A DNA stretch of 64,000 nt from the human T2T-CHM13v2.0 reference genome, Homo sapiens, in assembly GCF_009914755.1 (NCBI RefSeq), contig NC_060934.1. One strand, 5' to 3'. The translations under genes were made by a program, and so were the position numbers. Each line of letters begins with the position of its first letter. The stretch's first letter is position 1. Shown here piece by piece: positions 32,316 to 46,770 of the stretch. The notes under the pieces are model-generated. The model was not told where the DNA came from, did not search any database, and was given only the letters and a program-made list of their open reading frames with translations.

Positions 32316-34930
32316 CACCTGATAAGAAGGCATGATGTGCGCAAGACCTGAAGATAATTGAGACAGAACATGGAGTTTGGGACATTCCAAGTTGTTTAGG
32401 ATGGCAGGAGCAGAGAAGGCAAAGGGGTTTGAGGGAAGGCATGACAAGCGTGGTCAGAAGTCAGATCATACAGGACCTACCATGTATGCAGCCCAGTGAA
32501 ATAGAGAGTCTTGGGTTTTTTGTTTGTTTGTTTGTTTTGTTTTTATAGCTTTCTCGTAAAAAAAAAAAGATTATTTTGCCAATACAAGACAATAATTGCA
32601 AAATAAATACAATGTAAGCTTAAACATAGCATCCTAAATAAAATGTTCTGGGGACTCATAAAGAAGATATATCTTATCTAGTTTGAAAAATTACAGAAGT
32701 TGTCATTAAAATGTAGAATTCAAACTGAACTTTGAAGGACAAAAAGGATTTTGCCAGGCAGGGTTATAGAGGTGAGGCAAAAGATGAGCATCCACCAAAG
32801 TGCAAGAATGGGAAAACCCAGAACATATGGAATCGCAAGCATCGTGGCTTGGCTAAGACGAGGGCAGCAGTTCTCAATCTTATTTTACATTAACCTCCTG
32901 AAAGATGATATTCATATGTAACTCTCCCACATTCATACCCTGATTATGCCAGAGTTAAGACAGGCTATGGAGTTATGCACAATTGCCAGCTGTCGGACTA
33001 TAATCCCACCCTCTCTCGCCCCATGGTCCATTGTGAGGCTGAGTCTGAGATCTGCTAATGCAGGCTTTTGTAGGGGAGCCATGACGATTGCACCTGAAAT
33101 AAGTTACGGACAGAGCCTGGAGGTGCTTAAATGCCAGGCTAAGGGATTTAATGTTAGTGAAGGCAGTTAAGAGTCCCTGAACATTTTTAAGCAGGACAGT
33201 ACAAATAGAGCTGCGTTTTGCCAATATTCATCTGGCAGAAGTGGGTAAGTAGAGCAGGGAGAGTCTAAGAGAGGATGCTTCTTCCCTATCCCTGAACCAT
33301 CACAGGCATGATGAATTGATCGAGGGACTTATTTCTGAGAAGCCCAAGCAGATCCTCCAAATTCTTCTCAGCATAGTGTTCTAATGGCGGGGGAAGGGGT
33401 GGAGCTAAAAAGTCAATTGAAACCTAATGGACACCCTTGGACTGAAGACAGTCAGCTCTTTAAGAGGTGAGACATCATTTAGGTGGGAAGCAGAGCCAGG
33501 GCGGCGTTTGGAAGTGGAAGTGGAAGTGGAAATGAAAAGGAAGAATACTTTGAGAAGTGTTAGCAAAGTGTGTCTGTATGACTTGGCACTTGTTTCATGT
33601 TGGGGGGGTGAAGGGGAGGGGCAACTAAATATCATTCCAATTTTTTGAGCTTATGAGAGAATATGGAGCCATTACCTACAATAAGAAATGAGAAAACAAA
33701 CTGATTAGGAAGGGAAGAAGAATATAGATGGAGTTTGAGTCTTTAGTATAAACTTCAGGCCTAAGATTATTAGAATGAAGGCTGAGGCTAAAGTTTGTAA
33801 GAATAAACACATAAACATGAATCTCATGAACACGGGATTTCCCCCAAGATACTCAGCAGCATTGAATGAATGCACAGGGGAGAGAAGTCAATTTCTTATT
33901 TCCCCTAAAAATACTACATTATCACTCAAGAGTCCTGGCAGAACCAAAAACAACTGGAAAGGAGAAAAAGTAAATGCAAAAGAATTTTGGGTTTTTTTTT
34001 CTGCATAAGAGAGGAGTAGGAGAAATGGCTCCTGCATTGAACACTTGACCATGGCTGCACAAGTGGAAACCACAGCATCCTACCCCGTCTTTCAGCCTTT
34101 GCTCTGTGTCTGGAGTTTTGACATAATAGGACATGTGAAAGACTTGATCAAATTATGAAATGTATTGTTCTGCTACCTCCTGATAGAGATAGTTTGTCAT
34201 GCAACAAAAGTGAGTGCCTATGTTCAGAGGAGGGGAGCTGAATTTCAAGTCATTCCCCTTTCAAGGAGGCAATAAATAATTGTGGGTTTTGAGTATGGAT
34301 TCTGGATTAAGATTTATTGAGTTCAAATCCCAGCACTACCCTAATATGAGGTTCACTTAATTTCTCTTTGATCCATTCTTTCATCTGTAAAATGGGCCTA
34401 ATAATAGTATCCATCTCTTAAGGTCATTGTGAGAAGTAAACAAGAAGTACATATTAAGTTCACCCAATTATTAAATACAATTGTTTCATAATTACCTTTT
34501 TAGTATAGATGCTCTTATCAAGTGCTAATGAATAATTCTTATACATTAATATAATCCATGGAGAGTTCTCACATTTTCTAAAATGAAAATCCCTTTGGTT
34601 TAGGTTTAGCATGACTGGATAAGAATCTTTAAGGACCTGTACATGAATGAATGCCTCCTATAAAGAAAGCTCTTAGAGGCTTCCCCAATCTCTGAGACGA
34701 CATAAAGTGATCTTAGCCATAGAGTTCATCTGCTATGGGGTGCCAGTCATACCCTGTCTCCATGGATATGAGATTAGGAAGATGGATTTTGAAAAATGAC
34801 CTTCCACATTGGGGTTTGGAGAACTTCTTGTTTCTACTTCCATTAACTCAGAAAAGGTAAAGGAGCTAAAAAGTATTCAAGTACTCTTCATTTCAGCTAC
34901 AAAGATTTCCTTATAAATTTTTCCTCCTTA

Positions 34931-35160
34931 GGGGAGACCCCATCTCTAAAATAATAATAATAATAATAATAAATAAAAATAATTTAGCCAAGCATGGTGG
35001 TGCACGCCTGTGGTCCCAGCTACTAGGAAGGTTGAAGTGGGAGAATCTCTTTAGCCTGGGAGGTTTAGGCTAGAATGAGCCGTGACTGCACCACTGCACT
35101 CCAGCTTGGGCAAGAGAGCAAGACTCTGTCTCAATTAAAAAATGTCAATTAAAAAAAAAA
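34931..35160 (+). mobile_element. 5'-truncated AluJ with an (AAT)n expansion in the middle A-rich linker
   Basis: gagaccccatctcta-(aat)n-ttagccaagcatggtgg...actctgtctc, then A tail. Confidence 0.85.
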
Positions 35161-35866
35161 CTCCCACTCTTATAGTAACATACAGATGGAATTATGTGAC
35201 TGATTAAGCAGGATGAGAAGTTTGAGCACTTACGAAAGTAGTAGCCTTCCCTGGAAAGGTGACTTGCCCAGAATACTCCCCATTTGCAAACTCTTAAAGA
35301 GTTGTCTTGCTAACAAAAATTGATCTTGGATCTGTCATGATGTCCTATAACAATACAAAGCCATTTTTTCCTCCTAATTTCTTAAACCAGAACATCATGT
35401 CTTTATGAAAGAATTTTTGCAAAAATATTGGCGGTGGTGAGATGCCAAATGTTAACACCTGGCTCTTCAGGAATAAAAGCTCTAATGTGTAACATTCACC
35501 CTCCTCTATGGTGTGAATACTCCTACCATAATTACTTTCAAACAATCAAATGACATTGCTGAAAGTGAAGCTGGGAAGGTCTGCACACAATTGGTTCTGA
35601 CGAGCCAATATGAGCTGTCCCCAACACACCATTGTCCCTGTACAAGCCACCTCTTAGGCCACCAATGAGGCGTTTCTCAAGTCAACTTTCAGATGACAAT
35701 GCCGCCCTCGGAGCTGGAAAAGCAATGGGGAGCAGGAATTGAGACTGGATTCTCCAGGTGGTGTCAAAACCATACCCACCCAGTGCAGACTGCTTTGTTT
35801 TGTATCATGAATAGGTTTTGAGGCTTTTCCTTATGTCAGCTGCTTTTCCCAGACCAGGCCAGTCTA

Positions 35867-37392
35867 AAAGAGCAATCAGGAAATGTGGGTAACAATAAAA
35901 ACAATATTGAAAACAGTTCCAGGAGATTCTCTGAGACTTTCAGGGGTCTCTTTCCTGGCAGAGTCCCAAAAAGCTCATGTCACACTCCTGAGTGGACAAT
36001 AAATTCTCCTTCCCAGTCACCAATGGCATTATCTGCACTGCCCTCTGGTGGCTTCCGTGGCTGCCATAATCTGGTGATGACTGAGCCCTGACCACCTTCT
36101 CTTCAAATGTCTTATTGTGGCTGAAGCTTTTCTCAGTAAGATGTGTAGAGAAGCCTCACTGAATCATAGGTACAACCGTTATTGGACTCCACTTTTCTGA
36201 AGGAATTTGGGACAAATTCCCTCATACTGAATGGGAAGACAGTTGAGCAGCAAAACTTAGAATTAAATTGGCTTTGAGTCACATAGTCCCTTGCTACAGG
36301 GAGCTCTGGGGTGTCAGAGTTCCCTTCTCGCTCAGATGATCCCTGACACTCAAATCTAGTGATATGGGGTGATTCCTGTTTTGGAGTCTTGATCCTGGAG
36401 AGGAGTAACTGGCCATCTCAAGGCTTCTATTTCCATTTTTTCATGGGTACCCATTTCACTCTGATGCTAGCAAAACTCCTAGTGCCTGCCACAAGGGACA
36501 GTTCAGATTAGCTTGGTTCCTTTCCTCCCTCTCCATGATGTATTTGCACTGGAAATGAGATGTATCCTCCACTTTTCTCATCTACGTTGACTTGACCTTG
36601 CCTCTTAGCAGAGAAGCAGGTGCTTCTTTCTCTGAGGAGGACGTTAAGAGACTGGCAAAGTGTCACTGCAGAGAGGCTCTGGAAAGGTGCCAATCTGGAA
36701 GAACTTCAGAGTCTGCTCCTGGCTGCTTTAACCAATGAGGCAAGATTTCCAGGTATCACCTCACATCGCAGCTCTTTTCCTTTGTCAGCAGTGATAGGAA
36801 TGGGGCTTGCCTTCCTCATCCTCCTACCAAGAATCTACTTCACGGGACTGTGGAGGCAACACAGAGAAAGAGTGTGTAGTAGTGCTGTGTGAACTACAGA
36901 GTGCTCAAAAGATGTTATTTATTGGAATGATGATCCCGCAGGCAAAGTTAATTGCATAATCCATTTCTTCCTCTTAAGCTTTGTACACTCTCCTGTTTTG
37001 GTACTCAATATGTAATGAGTGTGTGTGTCTCCATTAGATGATTTGGAGTTAGAGTTCCATCCTATTCCTCTCTGTCCCCAACACCTATGCAGAGGTTGGC
37101 ATCCAGGATCCCGATTCTACAAATGGATCAACTGAACCCCAAGAAAGTTCAAAGAGCTAACAAGTTGCAGATATAGGATTTGAATTCACATCTCTTGACT
37201 CCAACTGCAGAGATCACATCACCCTGACATGTGATAGATTCTCAAAAAAATGCCTAATGAATATATTTGTGAATAAACCTTCCTCTTCTTTAACCCTTGC
37301 CTTAGGATATCTGCTCTGGTATTGTACATTGAAAGAGCAATCAGGAATTGTGGGTAATAACAAAAACAACATTGAAAACAGTTCCAGGAGAT
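35867..37392 (+). repeat. 61-bp dispersed direct repeat pair (35867-35927 and 37332-37392)
   Basis: The two copies align with 4 mismatches in 61 bp. Confidence 0.9.
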
Positions 37393-38264
37393 CCTATCTT
37401 CACATAATTAGACAACTACTAAATACATCAAATAAATTAACCAGCTGGTTGACATATGAAGTGGTGTAGAGGCTGAACAAGGATACTACAGGAGCTTCAA
37501 GTTGTAGGGAAAAGTAGCAGGATGCAGGAGGCACAAAACCAGGAGTAGACTTGATGGCCATCTGAGGGCAGAAGCACTTGCTATAAGACAAGGGTCATCT
37601 CACCTCAAGGATAATGCACATCAGTGGCTTTTACGAGGTTTCACTTATGAAACCCCTAAAAGAATTTTTTAATATCATCTACTCCCTTGCACATTTTTTG
37701 GAAATGACATCTAAAACTCTTATAGGCTTAAATAGAACTTAGTTGCAAGACATATTATCTAATTTTCTGTATACCGTACACATATTTTAAATGTAGTTTG
37801 GCTAATACTTTGAACAGCAGAATCAATGTATTAAATTTACAGAAAATATCCACCACAGATGCTAATTAGCCAAACCAACTTCATCATCAAATCAGGCAGT
37901 GCAATCAGAATTGTTGCTTAAAAAAAAAAAAGCCTGCAATTTTTACTTCCAATAAAGGCATTCATACATATACCCTGTCCCCATGATAACCTTCTCACTC
38001 CTCAACTATAGTTCTAAGACAGTCAGAGACAAGGCACAGAGCCTTTGGCATGAGTTTGAAACCAGGACAAAATGAGATACGATCTGTTTCTTTTTGCTTT
38101 GCTCTTACTGAACCCTTCCTCTGAATCAATGTGTACTGAAATCATCCATTTGTGTGACACCAGGAGATCCCTATACTCCTTGGGAGTGTCCCACAGTGAG
38201 ATTCCAAGTGTGTGAGAAGTTCATCTTTATTTTCTGAAGCAGGAAAACTCAGATGAATTCCTGG

Positions 38265-38300
<36 letters not shown>

Positions 38301-41300
38301 GGAAAAGAGTTCAAATGGAAGTTGAGGACCTGGACACTGATTCCCTCCAATATTGACTATTCCCAGGGGCTCCTGAAAGTCTTCAGTCACCTTCACCTCC
38401 ACCACTATACACAATGTTTTCCAGATCCTGCTCTCATGCCCCAGTTCCCCTCTTTCCAGGACTCGGTAGTATCCTCAATCTGGCTTCATTGACCACCACT
38501 GAGGCACCTGCCCAAGTTTTTTTTTTTTTTTTTTTTTTTTGGTTGCCAGCCCCCAGCTTTCAGAGCCCAGCCTCCAAATTCCTGGTTCTTGCTACCTTTC
38601 CTTCCTCTTGGCAATGCTCAGGGACAGCAATTTTAAAGAGGCATTAAATCGATTTGTACAAAAGTATTAATGACTAATAGCCTGCCCAAGTTTTAAGGTA
38701 CTGTTTGCATCTTTCAAAAGAAACTTGTTTACCAAAGGAGCCTCCCATTGGTTGGAAATTCAGGATAATATAAGAGAAGCTGTGGGGGCTGGGGAGAAAA
38801 TATTCTAGATGATTCCAAGACAGTTGAAGACCATCTTGAATGCTGTTCTGGGAAGCAGTCACTTGTTAGGTAGGATCTAAGCCTGACAAGCAATATTCCA
38901 TATTTTCAATCTGCAAGGGATGCTATTTCCTATAACTGGGAAAAAGTCCCCAGTGTCCTATAGTCAGTTGGTGGCTGATACTGCAGTGCTAGGATTGAGA
39001 TAGAATGAGATCCAGACAAACTTTACTTAAGTCCCTGTATCCTTGGAAATTTTATCAAATCCAAGTCTTTTTGGGTAGTTCTAGTCTACTCTGAGTCTTA
39101 GATATTTTTAAATTCATAGAAAAGAAAAAGACATTCAAAGTGATGGGAAAGGCCAGTGAGTCAATCTCGGAGACTCATTAAAAGAACTGGGAATCTGAAG
39201 GTTATTTCAGGGCACACTGCATACACCTGAGGCCGAATTTGTCAGGTTGTAAGAAAGAAAATGACCATATTCAAGATGAAGTTTCTCTCATTCAGGCATA
39301 TGGTAAATTTGGAGAAGTTTGTTCTCTAAGTCTAAGGATTTGATTCTTGCCTTCCAAAATGGCCTAGGAAGATGGATTTATGCCACTTAGCTTCACCAAT
39401 TCAGTAAATAACTCTTCAAATGAAATCCATATCTCTGAATGTAAATATGAAGATTCACAGAAAGAACAGCAAAAAGATATCATTTGAATTAGACTGTAAC
39501 CATGACATTCAAATGACCTGACCACACAGCACTGGAATCCAGATAGAATTAAAGAAAATCTGCCATTGCAATCAGAAACATAAATGAATATGAGGAAACT
39601 ACCCTTCCACTCCCCTGCTCCCAACTACTTATTTTCATGATAAACAGCAGGTTAATAAACATCTGTTCCTTCTCAGTGTCCAAGGGATCTTGTTTGCAAA
39701 CATCAACCACAATTGCTTTGTTCTCTCAGGAGAAAACAAAACACTTTCAATCAAAGCAAAGCTACATACCCAGACCTGCTGCAGCAGCTGCTTGTTCAAA
39801 ACCGCATGTCATTCCCCTGCAAGCCAGAGTGCTGGGACGCTTTGGTATCCTCTGCCCCTGCTCTTCTGAGCAGTGCTGCAGGTTAACTCTGGGAGGCTGG
39901 ACACTCTAACCAGGGAAGCCCAAGCCTCGCCAGCTTAACTACTTATGTGCTGACTCATGCGCAGGGCAGGACACACCTCTGCTGAGCCTGCTGATGGACA
40001 AACCCCTGCACCATCCTTGGAAGGTCACACCTAGAGTTCTTCATTTTGCACCCTGAACAAACGTAACCTAGGAGATGGTCATTCATTTTTTCATACTGAC
40101 CTGCTTGCCCTATTTGGTTTGGAAAATAAATATTTAATTCTTTCTCTACCCTATCAACTACATACCACTGAGAGGAGACTTTACGGGACAAATCAGCACA
40201 GAGATGTAAGTTAAGACCACTTTGGATGAATGAGTTAAGCTCTGGGAGAGAAGATGCCCCCATTTTTCTAGAGGAATTACAAATATATGGAGGAAACTGA
40301 TTGCAGGTAATCACCTTGGTACTTTTAGGAAGCAAACGAGACCATGTTTACATTTTCCTGTTGTCCTTTCCAAGCAAAACCAAAAATCAACATTCTGCAG
40401 TATTGCCTTCATTTTAATCTACCTGGAAGTTGGTAGGGTTCCCAGGGGAAAAGTTCATTCTTCTAACCCTTTGGGCTCAGATTAGCAGGTATCAAAGGTA
40501 GGGAAAAGAAAGCAGAAGTTTTTAATGTTTGATTAGATCTTTGAAGTTTGCTTCATTCTACCCATGCCAATATGCAAGAGGCAAATATATAGTTTTCTTT
40601 AGGCTATGACAGAGTCCACCATGGGACTTGCATGGAAGTAGAAGTTGAGTGCAAGGCAGACAGGAGTGGTACAAGTGTTTGGTTAAAAAAAAAAAACAAA
40701 ACAGGAATTGCTGACGGCAAGCATGAAGTAGACATGCAGTCCTGTGGGCTTTGGAGTGAGAGAGTTACTGCAGAGGCTCTCGCTTCTTCCCACTGACTGG
40801 AGCTGCAGTGTTGCCAGCTGAGCTTCATTAGCTACTAATTGGGCTCCAAGGCTCTGGGGCTCCTTTATCTAAAGGTCAAGAGGCTACAGAAAAGGAAGCG
40901 AAAATCCACCTGTGCACAGAACACAACTTGTAAACTGATGTGTAATAATAGTAATAATAATCACAGTGATAACTATAACAGCAGACACAACGTTGAATGC
41001 TTACTGTATGCCAACAAATTGGCTGCTTTGCTTACATTCTGTAGCAAGGACTGTTACCTCTTCAACAAAATCTGTTTTTCCTTCTCCTTCCCAGCCTGCC
41101 CTGCCATCAGGATAGCCATATAACTGAGATCTGGACAATGGAAAGTGAGGAAAATTGAAATGCACTAATTCCATTCTTGGTCTATGAAATCTTCCCCATG
41201 TGTGATCCTCTAGGTTCCAGGCACAGACTTGGAGGGAGAGATCCACCATGACCTTGGAGATATGGGAGAAAGAAAATGAAAAGCCTCCATCAAAATGAAT

Positions 41301-41460
41301 AACCACATGGAGGAGAGCTGCTGACCTTTGCAATTACTTTTAACTTATGGGGGGAAATGAATGCCAATCTAAAAATGTGCTTTTCAAAATTATTTTAGGG
41401 CCATGTAAGCAAAACAGTTTGGAGACCACTTGTATATAAAGACTAGAATCCTTAACTAGG

Positions 41461-41870
41461 TGTCTTAGTCCGTTTTCCATTGCTATAAAGGAATATCTGA
41501 GGCTGGGTAATTTACAAAGAAAAGAGGTTCATTTAGTTCAAGGTCCTGCAGGCTTTACAGGAAGCAGGGCACTAGGATCTGCTTTTGATGAGGCCTCAGG
41601 AAGCTTCCAGTCACGGCAGAAGGGGAAGCAGAGCTAATGTGTCACATGGTAAGAGAGGGAGCAAGAGACAGAGAGAGAGGAAAAGGATGTCATGTCCTTT
41701 TAAACACCCATGTAAATGGAGCGAAAACTCACTCATTACCATGGAGGGCACCAAGCGATTCATGAGGAATCCGCCCCTTGACTCAGTCACCTCCCACAGG
41801 CCTCACCTCCAACAATGGGGATCAAATTTCAACATGAGATTTGGAGGGGACAAACATCCAAAAGATATCA
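41461..41870 (-). mobile_element. MaLR solo LTR (MST-type)
   Basis: tgtcttagtccgtttt...gctataaaggaatatctgaggctgggtaattt...aaacatccaaaagatatca; TG..CA ends; 5-bp TSD ctagg/ccagg. Confidence 0.85.
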
Positions 41871-41983
41871 CCAGGTATTCATATTCACCCTAACCCAACC
41901 AAACCTTTCACTTCATATTTGACTCTGACACCTCTCCTGGTCATTCTCTCATTCCAGACACACAAGTCTCTTTATGGTTCTTG

Positions 41984-42098
41984 TTTTCTTTTTTTCTCCT
42001 CTGCTGTCTCACCCCGACTGTAGTTCAGTGGCACAATCAGAACCCACTGTAACCTCGAACTCTTGGACTCAAGTCATCCTCCTGCCTCAGCCTCCCAA
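41984..42098 (-). mobile_element. Short Alu fragment (~115 bp, AluJ/FLAM-like) with a perfect 15-bp TSD
   Basis: ctcaagtcatcctcctgcctcagcctccc; TSD tctttatggttcttg at 41969-41983 and 42099-42113. Confidence 0.85.
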
Positions 42099-42205
42099 TC
42101 TTTATGGTTCTTGAATGTATCCGTACTTTCCTGTCTCTGCTCTAACTTTTATTCTCCCCCTAAACACTTTGCCAACAACCCTCCTCTTAACTGAATCTTA
42201 TCTTG

Positions 42206-42745
42206 ATGCTGAGGCAGTCTGAAAAACACGGCTGCTAACCCTTTGACCCTCCATCTATCAAGAGGTGGGGCTCTGTGTCCTTTCCACTTCAATCTGAACA
42301 GGTTTGTGACTGTCAATACAGAATGTGAAAGTGATGTCATGTGACTCTTGAGGCTGGGTCACATATGGCCTTGCAGCTTCCTCCGTGTCCTGGAAAATTT
42401 ACTATTAGAACTCTTCACCACTTAAGAACTCTAGAAATTCTGAAGCTCCCACACTGGAGAGACCACATAGCTTTGGTCACTGTTCCGGCTATGCTCATCC
42501 TTCCAGCTATCCTCACCAAGGTACCAGATATGTGAATGAAGCAGCAGTGGACCTTTCCAAACTGGTCCATCCACCAGCTGAATACCTTGGAGTGAACTCA
42601 TCAATGCTACATCGAACAAAAGTGTCACTCAGCTGAGCTCTGCTCAGGTTCCTGACCTACAAAGCCATGAGCTATAATAAAAGTATTATTGTTTTAAGCC
42701 ACTGTGTTTGAGGGAGTTTTTTTGTAGTAAGAGGTAGCTAGAACA
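42206..42745 (+). mobile_element. MaLR LTR (MLT1G-like)
   Basis: Terminal ttgttttaagccactgtgtttg...gctagaaca and internal MLT1 motifs; boundaries approximate. Confidence 0.7.
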
Positions 42746-43109
42746 CCCCTCCTTTAGGACCCAAGACAAGGGTTCATGTTTTGCAGAAGCATTTTCTGAC
42801 CACTTTCTGAGTTTTCCCATCCTTTAAATTCTGGTCTTGAATGATTTTTCTTAATATAAGGTGTTGTCCTATTCCACCTGGAGTCATGCTCCTTTTATTT
42901 CACCATATCTGTTTTTAGCGCCTTATATAATAGGCCTTTGATAAACATTTGTTGAGAAACAAGAACGGTATTCATATAACATGAGGCATATCTGTAACTG
43001 TAAGATGGAGGGCAGAGGCTGGAAGAAGGTAGTGCTCACTAGCTGTCTTTTCTCTTTCCAGGAAACAGAATCTTGATTGTGATGGGCAGGTAGCATTTAT
43101 CCAATCTGG

Positions 43110-44005
43110 TATTTATTCATGTATTTACTAAGTGCCTACTATTTGCCAGGCACTTTTTTTAGGCCACAGTGATAAGAGTAATGAACAAAACAATGTCCTT
43201 TTCATGGTGCTTCCATTCTAACTGGATAAACAAAAACTAAAACTAAGTATAATCTGGTATGTTATAAGTGCTAAGAAGATGAAAGCAAGACAATAGGTAG
43301 AAAAGTTGTTTTATGTAGCATAACCAGAGAGGTCCCCCTTATAAGGTGATATCTCAATAGACACCTGAAGGAATTGGGAAGAGAGTGTTAAGGCTTGGTT
43401 CTGCCTGGGGAAAAAGCATTCCAGGAAAAAGGAGTGGCAAGTGTAAATGTCCCCAGAGAAGACTGATGGACTGAAGGAACAGAAAATGGCTAGGGTGATT
43501 TGAGCAGAGGAAAAAATGAAGCAGCAGTAGCGTATGGGGTCAAAACTTGCAACGTAGAGGTGCAGGGGTTGAAAGTCTGTAAAGACCTTAGAGAACAATG
43601 TGAGGACTAGATTTGCTCCCAATGAGATGGGAAGTCATTAGAGATTTTCAAGCAGGACAGTAGAATGATCTGGCTTTAGGAAACGTATTCTGTTATATGT
43701 CACCTAGATTCTGTGCAGATCACACAGTGCAGAGGGTCAAGGTTAGAAGCAATAAGTCTAATTTGGGGGCATTTGCAATATCTAAGCAAGAGACTTAGAC
43801 TAGAGGGCTAGAAGTGGAGATGATGTGAAGTGTCACACCATGAATACATTTTGAAAGATTTCCTGTTGGTTTTAAAATATAAGAGAGAAATAGGGATCAA
43901 GAATAATTCCAAGGCTTTTTGGATTCTAGTACTGACAGAAGGGCATTGACATTTTCTAACATGGAGAAGAGTGTGACAGAAGTAAGTTTGGACAAAGAGA
44001 ATCAA
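43110..44005 (-). mobile_element. L2 fragment
   Basis: L2 3'-end motif ttcatgtatttactaagtgcctactatttgccaggcact followed by a typical purine-rich L2 body. Confidence 0.7.
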
Positions 44006-45904
44006 GCCTTGGGTATCTGCAAAATGGGATTTTTAACTCAAGACCTTATAAAAATGACTTACTACAATTGGTTGACAATAATCTAATATCTGTAAAGACC
44101 ATAATAGACAAAGGTATTTCCCAAAAGGTGATAGGTTTTTAGGTAGTACAGAGTACACATTTTTTAATTATTACATATTGATTTCATTGTGAATTAGAAA
44201 TATACAATATATAGAGTAGGGCTAAAGCAATTTTTAATGAAGTCATTTAAAGAAAAACATTAGTTAAGTAATAGTACAAGTGGTAAATAGTTATGGGGAA
44301 AAATCATGTTAGTTGTACACTAATAGATAAATTTTGGGAAATACTGAAATACAATTTAATATCCAATTAATTCAAGTATCTGTAAAGATCAGCCTCTGCC
44401 ACTGAATCCTTTCCGATCCACTACAAATTCTTATTCGTCTTCAGTTGACCAATCGCTGTCTATGACACCCCATCACCACCATTTTTTTTTCACATGAGGA
44501 CTTCTCGGGGGCAGTGTGTCCTATACCAAAAGCCAAAAATAGCGTGTGTAGATTATTCTCACTCCATGTTTATATATGATTGCTCAAAGTTTGCTCTAAT
44601 TGGAGTTCTTAGTGATTTGATTGATTTATAGACAAGAATTTGCTTTCCTCCAATAAATGCCGAACAAGGCCAGTTGCTGCCTTAACCCCTCTCTCCTTAG
44701 ACAGCTCTAAAGGCTGCAGGCAGCTCTGTCTTCAAACTTTAGCAAGTGGTTCCATTTGGGTCTGCCCCTGTGCTGCCAGTGATTTTCAGTCTTTTAGTCT
44801 TTCAATCTTTCAGATGACTGTGGTTGGTAGGAAGAATCACCTCCTGCTTAGAGTGGAAACCAGAAAGAAAGTATCCCATGAACCAGAACACGGTCCTTGC
44901 TACCTACTGCCCCCATAATACATTTAAGCCCTTTGCACTCAATCGCGAAAGACAACCCTATAAAGTAACTACTATTATTCTACTCATTTTACAAATAAAA
45001 TAATATCTGAGGTTCAAATAGCTGAGTGTCCAAAGTCATTTGGCCAGCCTAAGTGACACAACTTATTCTCTGACCCCTTAGTTTTCCAACAGCTTCAGTG
45101 GAGACAATAAGCACTTTGCAGGGTTACTTTATCATAGTCCCTCCTTCCCAACTTTCCTCACCCTGAATCCAGGAAAACTTGAGGAAAATTCAGAGATTAC
45201 TATTTTAGCTAAGTATAGGGCTTTTCCCTTGCTGAATGAAGTGTGCAGACCTGTATTGACAGCGTGGCTACACGACAGGTTTGGAGGACAGAGAGAAGCC
45301 AGGGGAGAGAAAGAATATTTGAGTAAGAGTGAGGGAGGTCTAACTTCATTTTGTAGAACACATTTTGTAGAAAATTGGGTTCATTTCCTCCTTAAATACT
45401 TGGTAGAATTCACTAGTGAACCCGTCCAAGCTTCTAATTTTTTTTTCTCATTTCTAATTTTTGTGACATGTGAGCTATAGTCCCACTTCCTCAAGGCCAC
45501 CCTGGTGCGGGCAACATTGTATTTCTTCACCTGGAGGCCAGCTACTCAGGTATACTCAGTCTGTGAAAATTAATATCTATGTGCTTTTCTGTATATATGT
45601 AATACTTCAGTAAAATTTATAAAAACAATTTTACTCTATAAAATTAAGAAGGAAAAGGATCTCTGATTTAAACTGGCTTAAAAAATAAGGAAAATTGTTA
45701 ACTCAAGAAACAGAAATTCCAAGGAGAACAGCCCCAGAGTTGGTTATTTCAGCACCCAATGATATCATTAAGGATCCAGGTCCTTTCCATGTGTTAGCCT
45801 TTCTCCAGAGCTACAAAAGTTCTATGTATTACATCTAGACACAACATTGCCCAGAGGAAGTGGATTTTCATCAGTAGGTATCTTTTCAAGAGCAAGAAAA
45901 ATTT

Positions 45905-46770
45905 TTAGAAGCAGGTCTGGTAACTGCTTATAAAATTGAATGTACATTTACCCTGTGCCCTTTCAATCCCTCACCTGGGTATTTACGCATGAAAAATGAA
46001 AATGTATATACATACACACACATATATGTGTGAGCACACTCATGCACAGATACATACAAAACATATACAAAAATCTAAGCTGCTTAATTCATAATATTCA
46101 AAACTTATAAACAGTCCAGATATCAATCTACTGAAGAGTAGATAAACAAACTGTGGTACATTCATGCAGTGGAATACTGGTCCCTAATAAAAAAAGAATG
46201 AATTACTAAAATACAGCATCAATGAATCTAAAAAATATTATGCAGCATGTAAAGAAATCTGCCCACCCTCCCCTCCACACACACATATACACACACAGAC
46301 ACACATATATAAATACATGGTGGAAAAAAATCTATGGTAGAAAACTAGTGTAAATACAGTGAATATTTACCTAAGGGAGTGGAGGAGAAGAGGGCTGGCC
46401 AGGATTGAGTGAGAAGAGGTATAGGGAACTTTCTCCATATCTTGAGAAGTGTTTAAGTTACTTAGGCACATGCATTTGTCAAAACAGCAACTATACACTT
46501 AAAATTTGTGCATTTCATTATCTATAAATTCTATGTCAAAAGAAAAATAGACCATGATCAAATTTTGAATTTCAGTTTATTATATGCATGGCAAAGGATT
46601 TAGGGAGAAGTGCACATGTATCTTCAGTTTACTTCGAAATGCATCCAAAAAAATACGATTAATTGATAGATGGATAAAGAGATAGAGAGTTTGATATGTG
46701 GTAAAGTAAGTAGAGTAAAATACTGGGAGAAACGAGGTGTAGTTAGATGGATTATCATTGTGAAATTCTG
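45905..46770 (+). mobile_element. Old L1M (L1MC/ME-like) 3' fragment
   Basis: Degraded ORF2 C-terminus (gataaacaaactgtggtacattcatgcagtggaatact) and ancient 3'UTR motifs. Confidence 0.6.
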
